The notes: generated from the sequence alone by a model not told the origin. 46,394 nt of DNA from Berkelbacteria bacterium GW2011_GWA2_35_9 (GCA_000991185.1 LBRB01000002.1:1-46394), one strand, 5' to 3'. Counted from the stretch's first letter, positions 33,445-43,330 are shown. Numbers and translations: made by a program.

Positions 33445-35913
33445 ATGGACCCGAAAATTTTGAAAAAATTTTCGGAAACTTCAAAAAGAATTATTACATT
33501 TGCTCAGAAAATTGCCAACGATTATAAAAAAGCGATTGGTAGTGAGCATCTGCTTTTGGCAATTCTAACTACTCCCAATACTATCGCTAGTGAAATTTTA
33601 AAAGATTATGCAATCGGTTTTGAACAAATAAAATTGATTATTTCTAATCAGTCAGAAGTTGGTATTGCTTCAGCCGGAATTTCTGACGAATCAAAAAAAG
33701 TTCTTGAATTATCGGTCGAAAAAGCGATTGAAACAAAACAAAACCAGGTTTCTCCTGAACACATTTTATACGCATTAGTCACTATTAAAGATTCAAATGC
33801 ATATAAAATATTATCTCAACTCAATGTTGATCCCGAAAAAATCAAAGAAATCATCAATGAAATACTGTTTGACTTGGGACAAGTAAAAATGACTGCTCAA
33901 AAATTTATTCAGGATAATTTTTTCCCCGCCTTTGACATTGCTCCATTCAACCAAGGTCATAAAAATTCTGATCGTTTTCAAAAAAACAATAAATCTTACC
34001 TTGAAAAGTTTGGAGTTAATTTAACAGAACAAGCAAAAAATAATTTACTCGACCCAGTTTTTGAAAGGGACGAAGAATTATTTAGAGTTTTACAAATATT
34101 AAATCGTCGGACTAAAAATAATCCAATTTTAGTTGGACAAGCAGGGGTTGGTAAAACTGCGATTGTCGAAGGATTGGCTCAATTAATCATCGAAAAAAAA
34201 GTTCCTCAAACAATTCTTAATAAACAAATATGGCAAATAGATTTAGCGCTTTTGGTTGCGGGAACGACTTTTCGAGGTCAATTTGAGGAGAGGATCAAAG
34301 GTCTTTTAAAAGATATTGAAAAAAATCCCAATTTAATTTTATTTATTGACGAAATTCACACTTTGGTCGGGACTGGAAATTCCGAAGGTAGCATGGATGC
34401 CTCGAATATTTTAAAACCAGCTTTAGCCAAAGGAAAAATTCGTTTAATTGGAGCTACAACTGATGATGAATATCGTCAATATATTGAAAAAGATCCAGCT
34501 CTAACCCGACGAATGCAAAAAGTATATATTTCCGAACCGAGCCTTGAAACAACTGAAAAAATTCTACAAAAAATAAAAATAAAGTACGAAGCTCATCATC
34601 AAATAAAAATCCCGGATCAATTAATTCCGCACATAGTTATGTTGGCTGATCGATATATTCATGACCGTAATTTTCCCGACAAAGCAATTGATATTATTGA
34701 TGAAGCGGCAGCCAGTGTTCAACTTCAAAATATTGACCAGCTTCCAATATCAGTGATCGATCAACTTCAAAATAAATTAGACAATATTCTAAAATTGAAA
34801 GACCAGGCGATTCAAAACCAAAATTTTGACAAAGCCGCTAAAATACGAGAAAAAGAGGTTGAAATTTTAAAACAAATTTCTATAGAAAATAATCAACCAA
34901 AAAAAGTTAAGTTTTCCAAAGCAATAACAATAGAAGATATTTATTCAGTTATTAGTTTGTGGACTACAATTCCAAAAGAAAATATTTCACATAATATATC
35001 AAAAAATTTATCCCGTCTTGCATTAACAATTAGCCATTCAGTTATAGGTCAAAAACATGCCATTGACTCGATTTTTTCAGTTCTAAAAAGATCTTTTTCT
35101 CATTTATCTAATATTGATAAACCGCTTGGATCGTTTATTTTTACTGGTCCCTCCGGAGTTGGAAAAACATTTTTAGCATCACAAATCGCTCACAATTTAT
35201 TTGGTTCGGAAGATAATTTAATCCGATTTGATATGTCTGAATTTTCAGAAAAACACACCGTTTCTAGATTGATTGGCGCTCCTCCAGGGTATGTTGGCTA
35301 TGAAAATGCGGGAGAGTTAACCGAAAAACTTAGAAAAAAACCTTATAGTTTAATACTTTTTGACGAGATTGAAAAAGCTCATCCGGAAGTAATAAATTTA
35401 CTTATGCAGATTCTTGATAACGGTTACTTAACAGATTCGATGGGTAAAAAAATTAATTTTAATCAATCAATCATAATTGCTACTTCTAATCTTAGTGTTA
35501 ATGGAAATTTATCGACGAATATAGGTTTTAATAGTCATAACAATAGCACCATTATCGAAAGTAATATTATTGAAAAATTAAAAAATCATTTATCTAATGA
35601 ATTAGTCAACCGTTTTAATCAGGTGGTTATTTTCAATGAATTAACTGAAAATGACTTAATCACTATCATAAAACTTTGGATTAATGAATTCAATAATAAT
35701 AAAGCCTTTGGCTATTCGATTGAAATAAATAAAAACAATTTAAAATATATTATTAGTAAATATTATATTAATAAAGAAGGTGTAAGGTCTTTACATAAAT
35801 TTTTTAATCATGTACTGGAAAGTAAAATTCTCGATTTAGATTATGGTAAAATCAAATCAAAAAAAATAAAACTCAAAATTAACAATTTTGAAATATCAAT
35901 TACTAAAAAATGA
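33445..35913 (+). CDS. clpC: ClpC/ClpA-type AAA+ unfoldase (Clp_N repeats, UVR-like linker, two AAA modules)
   Basis: Walker A GQAGVGKTA and GPSGVGKT, UVR-like NQNFDKAAKIREKE, and an IGF loop (TNIGFNS) suggesting ClpP docking. Confidence 0.88.
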   Translation: MDPKILKKFSETSKRIITFAQKIANDYKKAIGSEHLLLAILTTPNTIASEILKDYAIGFEQIKLIISNQSEVGIASAGISDESKKVLELSVEKAIETKQNQVSPEHILYALVTIKDSNAYKILSQLNVDPEKIKEIINEILFDLGQVKMTAQKFIQDNFFPAFDIAPFNQGHKNSDRFQKNNKSYLEKFGVNLTEQAKNNLLDPVFERDEELFRVLQILNRRTKNNPILVGQAGVGKTAIVEGLAQLIIEKKVPQTILNKQIWQIDLALLVAGTTFRGQFEERIKGLLKDIEKNPNLILFIDEIHTLVGTGNSEGSMDASNILKPALAKGKIRLIGATTDDEYRQYIEKDPALTRRMQKVYISEPSLETTEKILQKIKIKYEAHHQIKIPDQLIPHIVMLADRYIHDRNFPDKAIDIIDEAAASVQLQNIDQLPISVIDQLQNKLDNILKLKDQAIQNQNFDKAAKIREKEVEILKQISIENNQPKKVKFSKAITIEDIYSVISLWTTIPKENISHNISKNLSRLALTISHSVIGQKHAIDSIFSVLKRSFSHLSNIDKPLGSFIFTGPSGVGKTFLASQIAHNLFGSEDNLIRFDMSEFSEKHTVSRLIGAPPGYVGYENAGELTEKLRKKPYSLILFDEIEKAHPEVINLLMQILDNGYLTDSMGKKINFNQSIIIATSNLSVNGNLSTNIGFNSHNNSTIIESNIIEKLKNHLSNELVNRFNQVVIFNELTENDLITIIKLWINEFNNNKAFGYSIEINKNNLKYIISKYYINKEGVRSLHKFFNHVLESKILDLDYGKIKSKKIKLKINNFEISITKK

Positions 35914-37403
35914 GCATCGAACAAGAAGCACAGAATCTAATCGAATTGTGTAACCACTTAAACGAAAAAGAGCTTTTGAAGTTAAATAAAACAATTAAGT
36001 ATGCTATTCAAGCTCATCAAGGACAAAAAAGATTTTCGGGCGATCCATATATTATTCACCCTTTAAAAATTGCTCAGTATTTAGCTAGTAAAAAATTTGA
36101 TCTAATCACTGTTCAAGCTGCACTTTTACATGACACTTATGAAGATTGTGGAATTTCTTTAAATGAAATCAATAAACTGTTTGGAAAAAGCGTCGCTCAA
36201 ATTGTCAGCGGTGTTTCTAAATTAGGCGAAATTCGTTTTAGAAAAAATTGGTTTTCGAACGAAGAAATTGTGATTAAGTTAACAAATTTTGAGAGACAAT
36301 CTGAAACGATAAAAAAAATGATCTTAGCAATGAGTAAAGATATTCGTGTAATTATTATCAAGCTGATTGATAGAGCTCATAACATGGAAACACTTCAGTT
36401 TGTTCCTAAAGAAAAACAATATCGAATCGCCAAAGAAACAATGGATGTTTTTGCACCAATTGCAGATCGATTGGGTATGGGTGAACTGAAAAGTAAACTA
36501 CAAAATTTAGCTTTTCCTTATTTGTATAAAGACGAATATACCTCGTTTATTAAACTTTATGAAAAAGCCACTAAAAATAGAGAAAACTATTGTTTAAGAA
36601 TTCATAAATCACTTTTGAAATTGATAATAAAAAATAGCCTCAACGCTAAAATAGAAGCAAGAATTAAATCTGCATACTCAACCTATACAAAACTAAATCG
36701 CCACGATGGAAATTTTGAAAAGGTGTCCGATTTAGTTGCGCTTCGAATCATTGTTGAAAATGAAGATGTCTGTTATCAAGTGATGGGATTAGTCCATAAG
36801 CTATATCGACCAATTCCCAATAAAATTAAAGATTATATTAGTCAACCAAAACCGAACGGTTATCAATCGCTCCACACAACCGTTTTTGGTCCAAACTCTC
36901 AAATTCTTGAAATACAGATTAGAACTAAAGAAATGGATCGCCAAGCGAAATTTGGGATTGCATCTCATTGGCACTATAAAGAATTTTCAAAACAAGGATT
37001 TAGTAATCGTAGAATTACGAAAACAATTCCTTGGATTAAAGAAATGGCAAAATGGAGCAGAATGATTGAGGATATTGATGAATTCTCACTATCAATGAAA
37101 ACCGATTTTTTTTCCGATCGGATATTTGTTTTTACTCCTAAGGGAGATGTCAAGGATTTACCAATAGATTCTTCGCCAATTGATTTTGCATTTTCGGTCC
37201 ACAGCGAAGTTGGTTACTCAATGATCGGCGCAAAAGTGAATGGAAAAATTGCTCAAATTTCTTCTACTCTCAACAATTCCGATATTGTCGAAATCCTAAC
37301 CACTAAAAAACCACTTGGTCCCAAAAGAGATTGGTTAAATTTTGTTAAAACTTATAATGCTCGTTACCACATTAAAAAGTACTTAAAAAAATATCAGGCA
37401 TGA
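35910..37403 (+). CDS. rel: Short RelA/SpoT homologue (HD hydrolase, synthetase and TGS; no C-terminal ACT region)
   Basis: HD region HPLKIA...LLHDTYED, synthetase DLVALRIIV...YQSLHTTV, and TGS IFVFTPKGDVKDLP. It is 497 aa. Confidence 0.9.
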   Translation: MSIEQEAQNLIELCNHLNEKELLKLNKTIKYAIQAHQGQKRFSGDPYIIHPLKIAQYLASKKFDLITVQAALLHDTYEDCGISLNEINKLFGKSVAQIVSGVSKLGEIRFRKNWFSNEEIVIKLTNFERQSETIKKMILAMSKDIRVIIIKLIDRAHNMETLQFVPKEKQYRIAKETMDVFAPIADRLGMGELKSKLQNLAFPYLYKDEYTSFIKLYEKATKNRENYCLRIHKSLLKLIIKNSLNAKIEARIKSAYSTYTKLNRHDGNFEKVSDLVALRIIVENEDVCYQVMGLVHKLYRPIPNKIKDYISQPKPNGYQSLHTTVFGPNSQILEIQIRTKEMDRQAKFGIASHWHYKEFSKQGFSNRRITKTIPWIKEMAKWSRMIEDIDEFSLSMKTDFFSDRIFVFTPKGDVKDLPIDSSPIDFAFSVHSEVGYSMIGAKVNGKIAQISSTLNNSDIVEILTTKKPLGPKRDWLNFVKTYNARYHIKKYLKKYQA

Positions 37404-37726
37404 TGGTTGCCAATAATATGTTGCCAACCATGGAAAATCAATAATTCAACTTCTTTTTCTAAATTATTATTAAACAGATGACTATTTGTTTTTGCTACCT
37501 CGGGGCAAATAATGATTTGATGCAATGAACCTTTTTTTTCATCAGTAAATGTGAGAATATCAGTTTCTTGATCTAAATTTCGATATTCATGATTGAGTTT
37601 TTTTATCTCATTTCTATCAATAAAAACGACCTCTACTTGATAATTTTTATTAATAATTTGTTCTGAGAACTGGAACAATTTTTTTTCATTAAGTTTAACA
37701 CTGCTAAGGTTTTTTATTTCAATCAC
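37394..37726 (-). CDS. ybeY: rRNA maturation endoribonuclease YbeY (short, 110 aa)
   Basis: C-terminal zinc motif HGWQHIIGNHH. Its 3' end overlaps the convergent rel gene by 10 nt. Confidence 0.78.
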   Translation of the reverse strand: MIEIKNLSSVKLNEKKLFQFSEQIINKNYQVEVVFIDRNEIKKLNHEYRNLDQETDILTFTDEKKGSLHQIIICPEVAKTNSHLFNNNLEKEVELLIFHGWQHIIGNHHA

Positions 37727-38160
37727 GAAAGTTTCTCTTTTACAATTTTTGAGACAACCGATCCATCGGCTTGTCCTTTAACTTGTAACATTACTTGCCC
37801 GATCACTTTCCCCATATCTGAAATTCCTTGAGCATTGGTTGACTTAATTGCACTTGCAATAATTTCTTCTAATTCGTTTTTTTCCATTTGTTTCGGAAGG
37901 TATGATTTTATAACTGCAATTTTTGCTGATTGTTCTTGTGTATCACGATCGTTTTTTTCCAATGAATCAAGCGTTTCGTTAGCTTGTTTTAATTCTGTTT
38001 TTATGACTAACAATATTTGATCATCGTCAATTTCACCATGATTGATAATTTTTTTATTTTCAATCGAGGCTTTAATTAATCTCAAAACCGATGTCTTTAA
38101 AACATCTTTTGCTTTCAATGCAGTAATCAAGTCAGTATTAATTTTTTCTTCTAACATCAT
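37723..38160 (-). CDS. GatB/YqeY domain protein
   Basis: The start INTDLITALKAKD...VLRLIKASIEN is typical of YqeY. It sits in an rpsU-yqeY-ybeY arrangement. Confidence 0.85.
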   Translation of the reverse strand: MMLEEKINTDLITALKAKDVLKTSVLRLIKASIENKKIINHGEIDDDQILLVIKTELKQANETLDSLEKNDRDTQEQSAKIAVIKSYLPKQMEKNELEEIIASAIKSTNAQGISDMGKVIGQVMLQVKGQADGSVVSKIVKEKLS

Positions 38161-38355
38161 TTATCCTAAATTTGAATAATCTTCCATTCGGCTAATTCTA
38201 TTTCTCCGAACCGCTTTTTTTCTTCTTAAATTTCTAGAAACTTTTTTTTGTCGTCTCTCTTTTTCTCGTGCATCCGAAAGTAACCGTTCAACTTGAACGA
38301 TTCGATTAAATCTTCTAATTGTAACTTCAGCTGATTCTGGGTTTTTTCTTATCAT
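38161..38355 (-). CDS. rpsU: 30S ribosomal protein S21
   Basis: 64 aa and highly basic, with IRRFNR and LRRKKAVRR patterns. Confidence 0.85.
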   Translation of the reverse strand: MIRKNPESAEVTIRRFNRIVQVERLLSDAREKERRQKKVSRNLRRKKAVRRNRISRMEDYSNLG

Positions 38356-38384
38356 TATTAATTAATTTTCACCTTACCTTCAGA

Positions 38385-38738
38385 TTAATTATTATTCATT
38401 TTACCCAACTGTCGCCCACCTAATAAATGAAGGTGGATATGATCAACGACCTGACCACCGTGATCTTTAACATTAAATACTAAACGATAACCATTTTCAT
38501 TTAAATGATGCGATTTAGCTAACTCAGACGCCACACGCACCATTCTACCTAATAATTCTGTGTCTGAATCGACTATATCGGCAATTGTCGGAATATGTCT
38601 CTTGGGCACTATCAAGATATGAATCGGGGCTTGGGGATTAATATCGTCAAAAGCAGAAATTTGATCATCTTCAAAATGATATTCTGCATCCGAACCAGAA
38701 AGACGATTGGCAATCTTGCAAAAAATGCATTCAGACAT
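38385..38738 (-). CDS. HIT-family nucleotide hydrolase/transferase
   Basis: CIFCKI start and the histidine triad HIHLHLLGG. Confidence 0.9.
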   Translation of the reverse strand: MSECIFCKIANRLSGSDAEYHFEDDQISAFDDINPQAPIHILIVPKRHIPTIADIVDSDTELLGRMVRVASELAKSHHLNENGYRLVFNVKDHGGQVVDHIHLHLLGGRQLGKMNNN

Positions 38739-39147
38739 AATAATTCTTTTTAATATAATCTGCCCAATTTTTCTTTAACCATTCTTTTTGCAACTTTAAT
38801 ATATCATCTAAACCACGCTCTGTCAATTCTCGATTAACTACCGATCCACGGTGTGGATAACGATGTAGTTGTGGATGAGGCGAAAAAAAACCTTGACTAT
38901 AATGAACCAACTCATGAGCTAAAGTGGCAGTGATAACAAATTCAGGAATATTTTCGTCTTTAAAAAAACCATTGATAGTAATAAATGTATTTGGATCCTC
39001 TTTGCGTCTACCAAATTTAATGGTTCCTAAACGCTGTTTATTAAATCTTCCAAAACGAATAAAAAGATTATTTTTAATCTCAACATCGGGAAAATAACGT
39101 TGTAAAACCCGTTTAGCTAAATTTTTTAACCATTTATCATCTCGCAT
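38731..39147 (-). CDS. SprT-like zinc metallopeptidase domain protein
   Basis: HELVHY (HExxH) preceded by a basic beta-rich region. It overlaps the HIT gene by 8 nt. Confidence 0.55.
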   Translation of the reverse strand: MRDDKWLKNLAKRVLQRYFPDVEIKNNLFIRFGRFNKQRLGTIKFGRRKEDPNTFITINGFFKDENIPEFVITATLAHELVHYSQGFFSPHPQLHRYPHRGSVVNRELTERGLDDILKLQKEWLKKNWADYIKKNYYV

Positions 39148-39154
39148 AGTAATT

Positions 39155-39183
39155 ATTATAACTATATTATTAATTTATACAAA
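39155..39183 (-). promoter_or_regulatory. Promoter TTTGTA-17-TATAAT, with the -10 ending 7 nt before ATG 39147
   Basis: Read on the minus strand. There is no SD, implying a leaderless mRNA. Confidence 0.45.
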
Positions 39184-39245
39184 TTATAGTACTTTTCTAA
39201 CGATCGTTATATGGTTGCGGGTTTTCTTATCCCTAACCTGTCATA

Positions 39246-39278
39246 GTATCCCTGGTGTATACCAGAGATACTTTTTTT
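39246..39278 (+). terminator. Orphan intrinsic terminator on the plus strand
   Basis: gtatc-c-ctggt gtat accag-a-gatac followed by T7. No plus-strand ORF lies upstream. Confidence 0.55.
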
Positions 39279-39408
39279 ATTAGTAATTAGATTAAATAAT
39301 TATATTATTATATATCTAATAATTTTCTCAAAAATTTACTAGCGTTGAATCTCTATTAGTAAATTCTCAAAATCTATTTAATAAAATTGATAAATTTTTC
39401 TTTGACCC

Positions 39409-39437
39409 TTGACAGATGGTTGATTGTGTGGTAATAT
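39409..39437 (+). promoter_or_regulatory. Promoter TTGACA-17-TAATAT for the transglycosylase gene
   Basis: Consensus -35. The SD gggagg lies 7 nt before ATG 39472. Confidence 0.6.
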
Positions 39438-39471
39438 AATATAGTCTTCCCAGAATATGGGAGGATTTTTA

Positions 39472-40215
39472 ATGCCTAAATTTCAAAAGATCGTGATTAT
39501 GACAGCTCTGGTGATCTTGACTAATTTGGCTTCCCTAAAGGTTGCATTAGCTAATTCCGATACGCTTGAATTTGATATCAATCAAAAAATAAATTCTCTT
39601 TTTAAAAATTCAATAGAGTCGGTCTTTGCTATCAAAACAATTCATCCCTTCAATAAAGAAAACAACAACACTAATCGTTCTACTGATTATCAAACCAATC
39701 TGGTTTTAATTAAAGATCCCATCAAGCCAATCGATCTTCCTAAAAAAGAAAAACTTTCTTTTGTAAAAGTTAATTCTAACTATCAAAAAGAAATTAATTT
39801 GAAAAGGACTAAATCGGCTATTCGACCTAGAAATATTGCTTCAGCTCATGTTGACCCAAATCTCGAGACTAAAAGAAATTTAGTCCAAAATATTGCTAAT
39901 CAATATCAAGTTGACTGGAAAGTGTTAGAAGCTATCTGGCAAGTTGAAAGTGGTAAATCTTGGAATAGATTGGTTACTTCTGCTGATGGAGCTTTAGGTC
40001 CAATGCAATTCTTGCCATCGACTTTTAGAAGATATGCTCAAGATGGAGATGGTGATGGTAGCGCCAAAATTGAAAATAGCGCCGATGCCTTAGCGTCTGC
40101 GGCTAATTTATTAAAACAAAACAGTTCGTCTGGAAATATTGAAAGCGGAATTTATAGTTATAACCACTCAACCGCTTATGTTAATAAAGTAAAAAATATA
40201 GCTAATAATATCTAA
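39472..40215 (+). CDS. Secreted lytic transglycosylase (SLT-domain) protein
   Basis: Signal peptide MPKFQKIVIMTALVILTNLASLKVALA, catalytic AIWQVESG and GPMQFLPSTF. I prefer ATG 39472 over 39457 because the GGAGG falls inside the longer version. Confidence 0.8.
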   Translation: MPKFQKIVIMTALVILTNLASLKVALANSDTLEFDINQKINSLFKNSIESVFAIKTIHPFNKENNNTNRSTDYQTNLVLIKDPIKPIDLPKKEKLSFVKVNSNYQKEINLKRTKSAIRPRNIASAHVDPNLETKRNLVQNIANQYQVDWKVLEAIWQVESGKSWNRLVTSADGALGPMQFLPSTFRRYAQDGDGDGSAKIENSADALASAANLLKQNSSSGNIESGIYSYNHSTAYVNKVKNIANNI

Positions 40216-41402
40216 ATTCCGGTTGTAGCGGTTGTACTAGTGGTAACGGTATTTTCAGTTATCACATAACTAAAATCAGGAGGTACAACTTCAACCCAGG
40301 TTTTTCCGGAATTTAATTGATACTCAACGCCATCACTATTTGAAAAAATAATTTGTGATTTTGAATCGCTTTTTTTCCACACTCCAATCTGTTCTTTTCC
40401 ATTACTTATCAGACTAGCTTTCCCAGTTCCAATTGTATCAAACTCAAAAGTTGCTTTAGCGCCTGGAAGTTGGATTGGCGCTCTAGGCACAGTAATAATT
40501 ACAATATTATTTGCTACTATCTGCTCATTATTGTTTCTATCAGTGTGTTTTTGCCCAGCTAAATATCGATCATAAATATTTTTTTCTCGGTTATATTTCC
40601 ATTCAACTTGATAGCTACCTCCATAATTAATTGTCACGCTATCTTGATTTCCTCTTTCTGCTAAATCTGACTCGTCTTGATATTTCCAAGGCGTATAGCT
40701 AGCTACTTCGCTAAAGCCTTTTTGTTTAGCTAAATCATAAAGTTCTTTAGTGCTACTGTAGAGCGTATGTTCAGATGCAACTTGTTGATATGATTTACGT
40801 TCAAAATAGCCATTTGTATGAGGCAAATCCATTACCCCATCAGCACTGATTTTTTGTAACGCATCCATCGCTCCACCGGCATGAGCATAATAAGCATTAA
40901 ACCCTTCAGCCCAGTCCACAAAGAAACTACGAGCTGATCTGACTGGTCCAACCTCCTTTGCGTCAAATGGAGAAAATAACGCCATAAAACGGGTAATACC
41001 ACCTTCAGTAATAGCTTCAAAAACAATGCTAGCGTTTGTTAAACCTGATTGCGAGCGAGCATCCGGATGATTTTCAACAATAACTGCCAATGGATGCCGA
41101 TCAGCATTTTCGCTCACTTCTTCATTTGATATTTTAGCCTTTTTCTTTTCAGATTCTTTGGTTTTAAACAAAGCGCTATCAACAAGGTTGAAACCACTTT
41201 CGCCTCGTTGTGAAGCAATTCCGTAACGATATAGTATAGCAGTTAATAATGCTACGACTAAAACAAACACCAAAGTCAATATCCAGCCTTTTTTGTTTTT
41301 ACGGTTATAAGTGTTTTTTAAAAAACTAATAAATTTTTGCCATAATGATGGCTTCTTATCACTGACTGAAAAATTGACTGATTGATTATTTATGTCTTCC
41401 AT
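40212..41402 (-). CDS. DUF3048-domain protein (YerB-like), membrane anchored
   Basis: HPLAVIVENHPDARSQSGLTNASIVFEAITEGGITRFMALF is characteristic of DUF3048. Confidence 0.8.
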   Translation of the reverse strand: MEDINNQSVNFSVSDKKPSLWQKFISFLKNTYNRKNKKGWILTLVFVLVVALLTAILYRYGIASQRGESGFNLVDSALFKTKESEKKKAKISNEEVSENADRHPLAVIVENHPDARSQSGLTNASIVFEAITEGGITRFMALFSPFDAKEVGPVRSARSFFVDWAEGFNAYYAHAGGAMDALQKISADGVMDLPHTNGYFERKSYQQVASEHTLYSSTKELYDLAKQKGFSEVASYTPWKYQDESDLAERGNQDSVTINYGGSYQVEWKYNREKNIYDRYLAGQKHTDRNNNEQIVANNIVIITVPRAPIQLPGAKATFEFDTIGTGKASLISNGKEQIGVWKKSDSKSQIIFSNSDGVEYQLNSGKTWVEVVPPDFSYVITENTVTTSTTATTGI

Positions 41403-41411
41403 TTTTACTCC

Positions 41412-42383
41412 TTATTTTATTTTTTTTATTTGATTAATAGTTATTATTATTCCCAACCCAAATATCGTTACTATAAGATAGATTAATCCTCCAAAAACAG
41501 GTAGATTGATGAGTGTTGTAATTATCAATAACCCGATTGCTAGCTGAGCAATATTTTTTGAATTAGGCAATATTTTTTTACCAATTAAATAGGCAACAAT
41601 AATTTTTGACAGATAAAATGAAATTAAAAATAGTGCCAATATTATCATCGCTAAACTAATGCCAACTTGAGATAAAAGCAAAATAATAACTATCGGCAAA
41701 ATCACGATTAGTCCAACTGTGCCCTTTAGAAATATTGCCCCCCATTGATCTATCAATTGTTTCTTACACTGATCGATTTTTTTACCCCATAAATGGACCA
41801 GTAAAAGTCCAACCAGTAGACAGGAAAGAAAAGAAATCAACAAAGAATAGTAATATAGATTTGGATTAACACTTGCTTCTTCAAAATTTTTAATAATTGT
41901 TTGAGATTTAATTATTACACCTTCACCCCGCTCAAAATCACTAACGACAGCGTAGAGGCTACCTAATATAGTGGTTGGATTGGTTAAACTTAATTTACGA
42001 GCGACTGCGTAGAGATCTCTTTCTATCTGGCTGGATAAAGTAATTCTATCCGCTACTAAATAAATATTTTTGACTTTTTTTAAATTTGATTTTATGTTTG
42101 AGCCAACAGCAATCACATTACCGTCTATCTCGCCCTCGAGACTTACATTACTTCCTATAACAATTAAATCACCATTAATTTTACCTTTGGTCTCAAAATC
42201 TTGACCAATCACCATTAAATTATCATCTATAGTCTCATTTTCTTTAACCGTATAAAGATTGGTACTATTTTCGGCAATTTCAAACTGAGCAGCTTTTGTG
42301 CTTGAAATAATTAACAAACCTAAAACGATACTTATAATCCCAACAAAAATCAATCGTATTTTTGTACCAAATACCTTTTTCAT
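41412..42383 (-). CDS. Membrane protein with bactofilin-like (polymer-forming) repeat ectodomain
   Basis: Signal/anchor segment, then GDLIVIGSNVSLEGEIDGNVIAVGSNI repeats and a polytopic C-terminal half. Confidence 0.45.
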   Translation of the reverse strand: MKKVFGTKIRLIFVGIISIVLGLLIISSTKAAQFEIAENSTNLYTVKENETIDDNLMVIGQDFETKGKINGDLIVIGSNVSLEGEIDGNVIAVGSNIKSNLKKVKNIYLVADRITLSSQIERDLYAVARKLSLTNPTTILGSLYAVVSDFERGEGVIIKSQTIIKNFEEASVNPNLYYYSLLISFLSCLLVGLLLVHLWGKKIDQCKKQLIDQWGAIFLKGTVGLIVILPIVIILLLSQVGISLAMIILALFLISFYLSKIIVAYLIGKKILPNSKNIAQLAIGLLIITTLINLPVFGGLIYLIVTIFGLGIIITINQIKKIK

Positions 42384-42559
42384 TAGACAAAATATTTAAA
42401 ATAGACAAATAATCCTACAGCCAGAAACACAATGAAAATAATTACCATTTTCAGCAATTTAGCCGTAATTACACCTGTAACATATCCTATTAAAAAACCG
42501 ATTACCAAAACCGTTAGATTGCTAAAATCAAGCTGAATATTTTTTAAGTTTTCCCACAT
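42383..42559 (-). CDS. 58-aa two-TM small membrane protein (not in the ORF track)
   Basis: Manual translation gives MWENLKNIQLDFSNLTVLVIGFLIGYVTGVITAKLLKMVIIFIVFLAVGLFVYFKYFV. Its stop overlaps the next ATG (TAATG). Confidence 0.45.
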   Translation of the reverse strand: MWENLKNIQLDFSNLTVLVIGFLIGYVTGVITAKLLKMVIIFIVFLAVGLFVYFKYFV

Positions 42560-42561
42560 AA

Positions 42562-43245
42562 TTATTTACTGCCTAAAACAACTAGAATATCATAACCACT
42601 ACCAATTAATGATACCGTTTCTTCTTCAAGGGTAAAAGTTTTATCGGTAAATGATGACTTAACCGCTTCCGCTTCACTTTTTTTACCCGCAAGATAGTAA
42701 ATTATTCCTATCTCATAATCTTGCTTAGTCGCATTACCAACCTTAGCAACATTAAAACCAGCACTTACTAGTAGGTCTTGGTATTTTTTTGCGTCACCGG
42801 CAATTCCATTACCATTTAAAATCCTAACTACAAATGAACCTTTATCCACACCTGCCGTTGTTTTAGTTGTTGTAGTCGTGGTTGATGAAGTAGAATTAGT
42901 TTTTAGATCTAAGCTGGTATCGGTTGTAGATTTTTTATCGCTATCAACACTTTTTACTTCAAAAGCAGAAAATTTTGTTTCTTTCTGAGCCGTATCTTGA
43001 GTCTTTTTTTGCAACCAATAACTTAACCCTTGAGCTAAAAGGTAAGCAACTAAGGCTAAAATTAAATAATTCAATACCGTTCTCAGTTTACTGGCTCGAT
43101 GAGATTGAGTAATTTGAGGACGAATAAACTCGCTATTATTATCCTTTTCCTCCTTTATGACTTCGCCCTTTTCTTTCTCAGCCAACGCAATTGTTTTTGG
43201 CGCTTGAGAAAAAATATCAAATTTTTTGTTATCAAGATCTTTCAT
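42562..43245 (-). CDS. LytR_C-domain membrane protein
   Basis: One TM segment, a Thr/Ser-rich linker, and C-terminal VVRILNGNGIAGDAKKYQDLLVSAGFNVAKVGNA. Confidence 0.7.
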   Translation of the reverse strand: MKDLDNKKFDIFSQAPKTIALAEKEKGEVIKEEKDNNSEFIRPQITQSHRASKLRTVLNYLILALVAYLLAQGLSYWLQKKTQDTAQKETKFSAFEVKSVDSDKKSTTDTSLDLKTNSTSSTTTTTTKTTAGVDKGSFVVRILNGNGIAGDAKKYQDLLVSAGFNVAKVGNATKQDYEIGIIYYLAGKKSEAEAVKSSFTDKTFTLEEETVSLIGSGYDILVVLGSK

Positions 43246-43288
43246 TTTGCAAAAAATATTATTTTACTAAAAAAACGTTAGTATTTAT

Positions 43289-43317
43289 ATTATAAAATAT
43301 CTTTTGCAAAGTTCCAA
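43289..43317 (-). promoter_or_regulatory. Promoter TTGGAA-17-TATAAT for the LytR_C gene
   Basis: Its spacer is one arm of a 15-bp inverted repeat. The other arm abuts the ATG. Confidence 0.45.
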
Positions 43318-43330
43318 ATTTTGCTAGTTT

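Noticed and set aside
39148-39456. Riboswitch (for example cyclic-di-AMP/ydaO type) controlling the downstream lytic transglycosylase
   Set aside because: A consensus promoter for the transglycosylase lies downstream of the terminator, so the hairpin is not in that mRNA's leader. I also could not see the conserved ydaO core elements.
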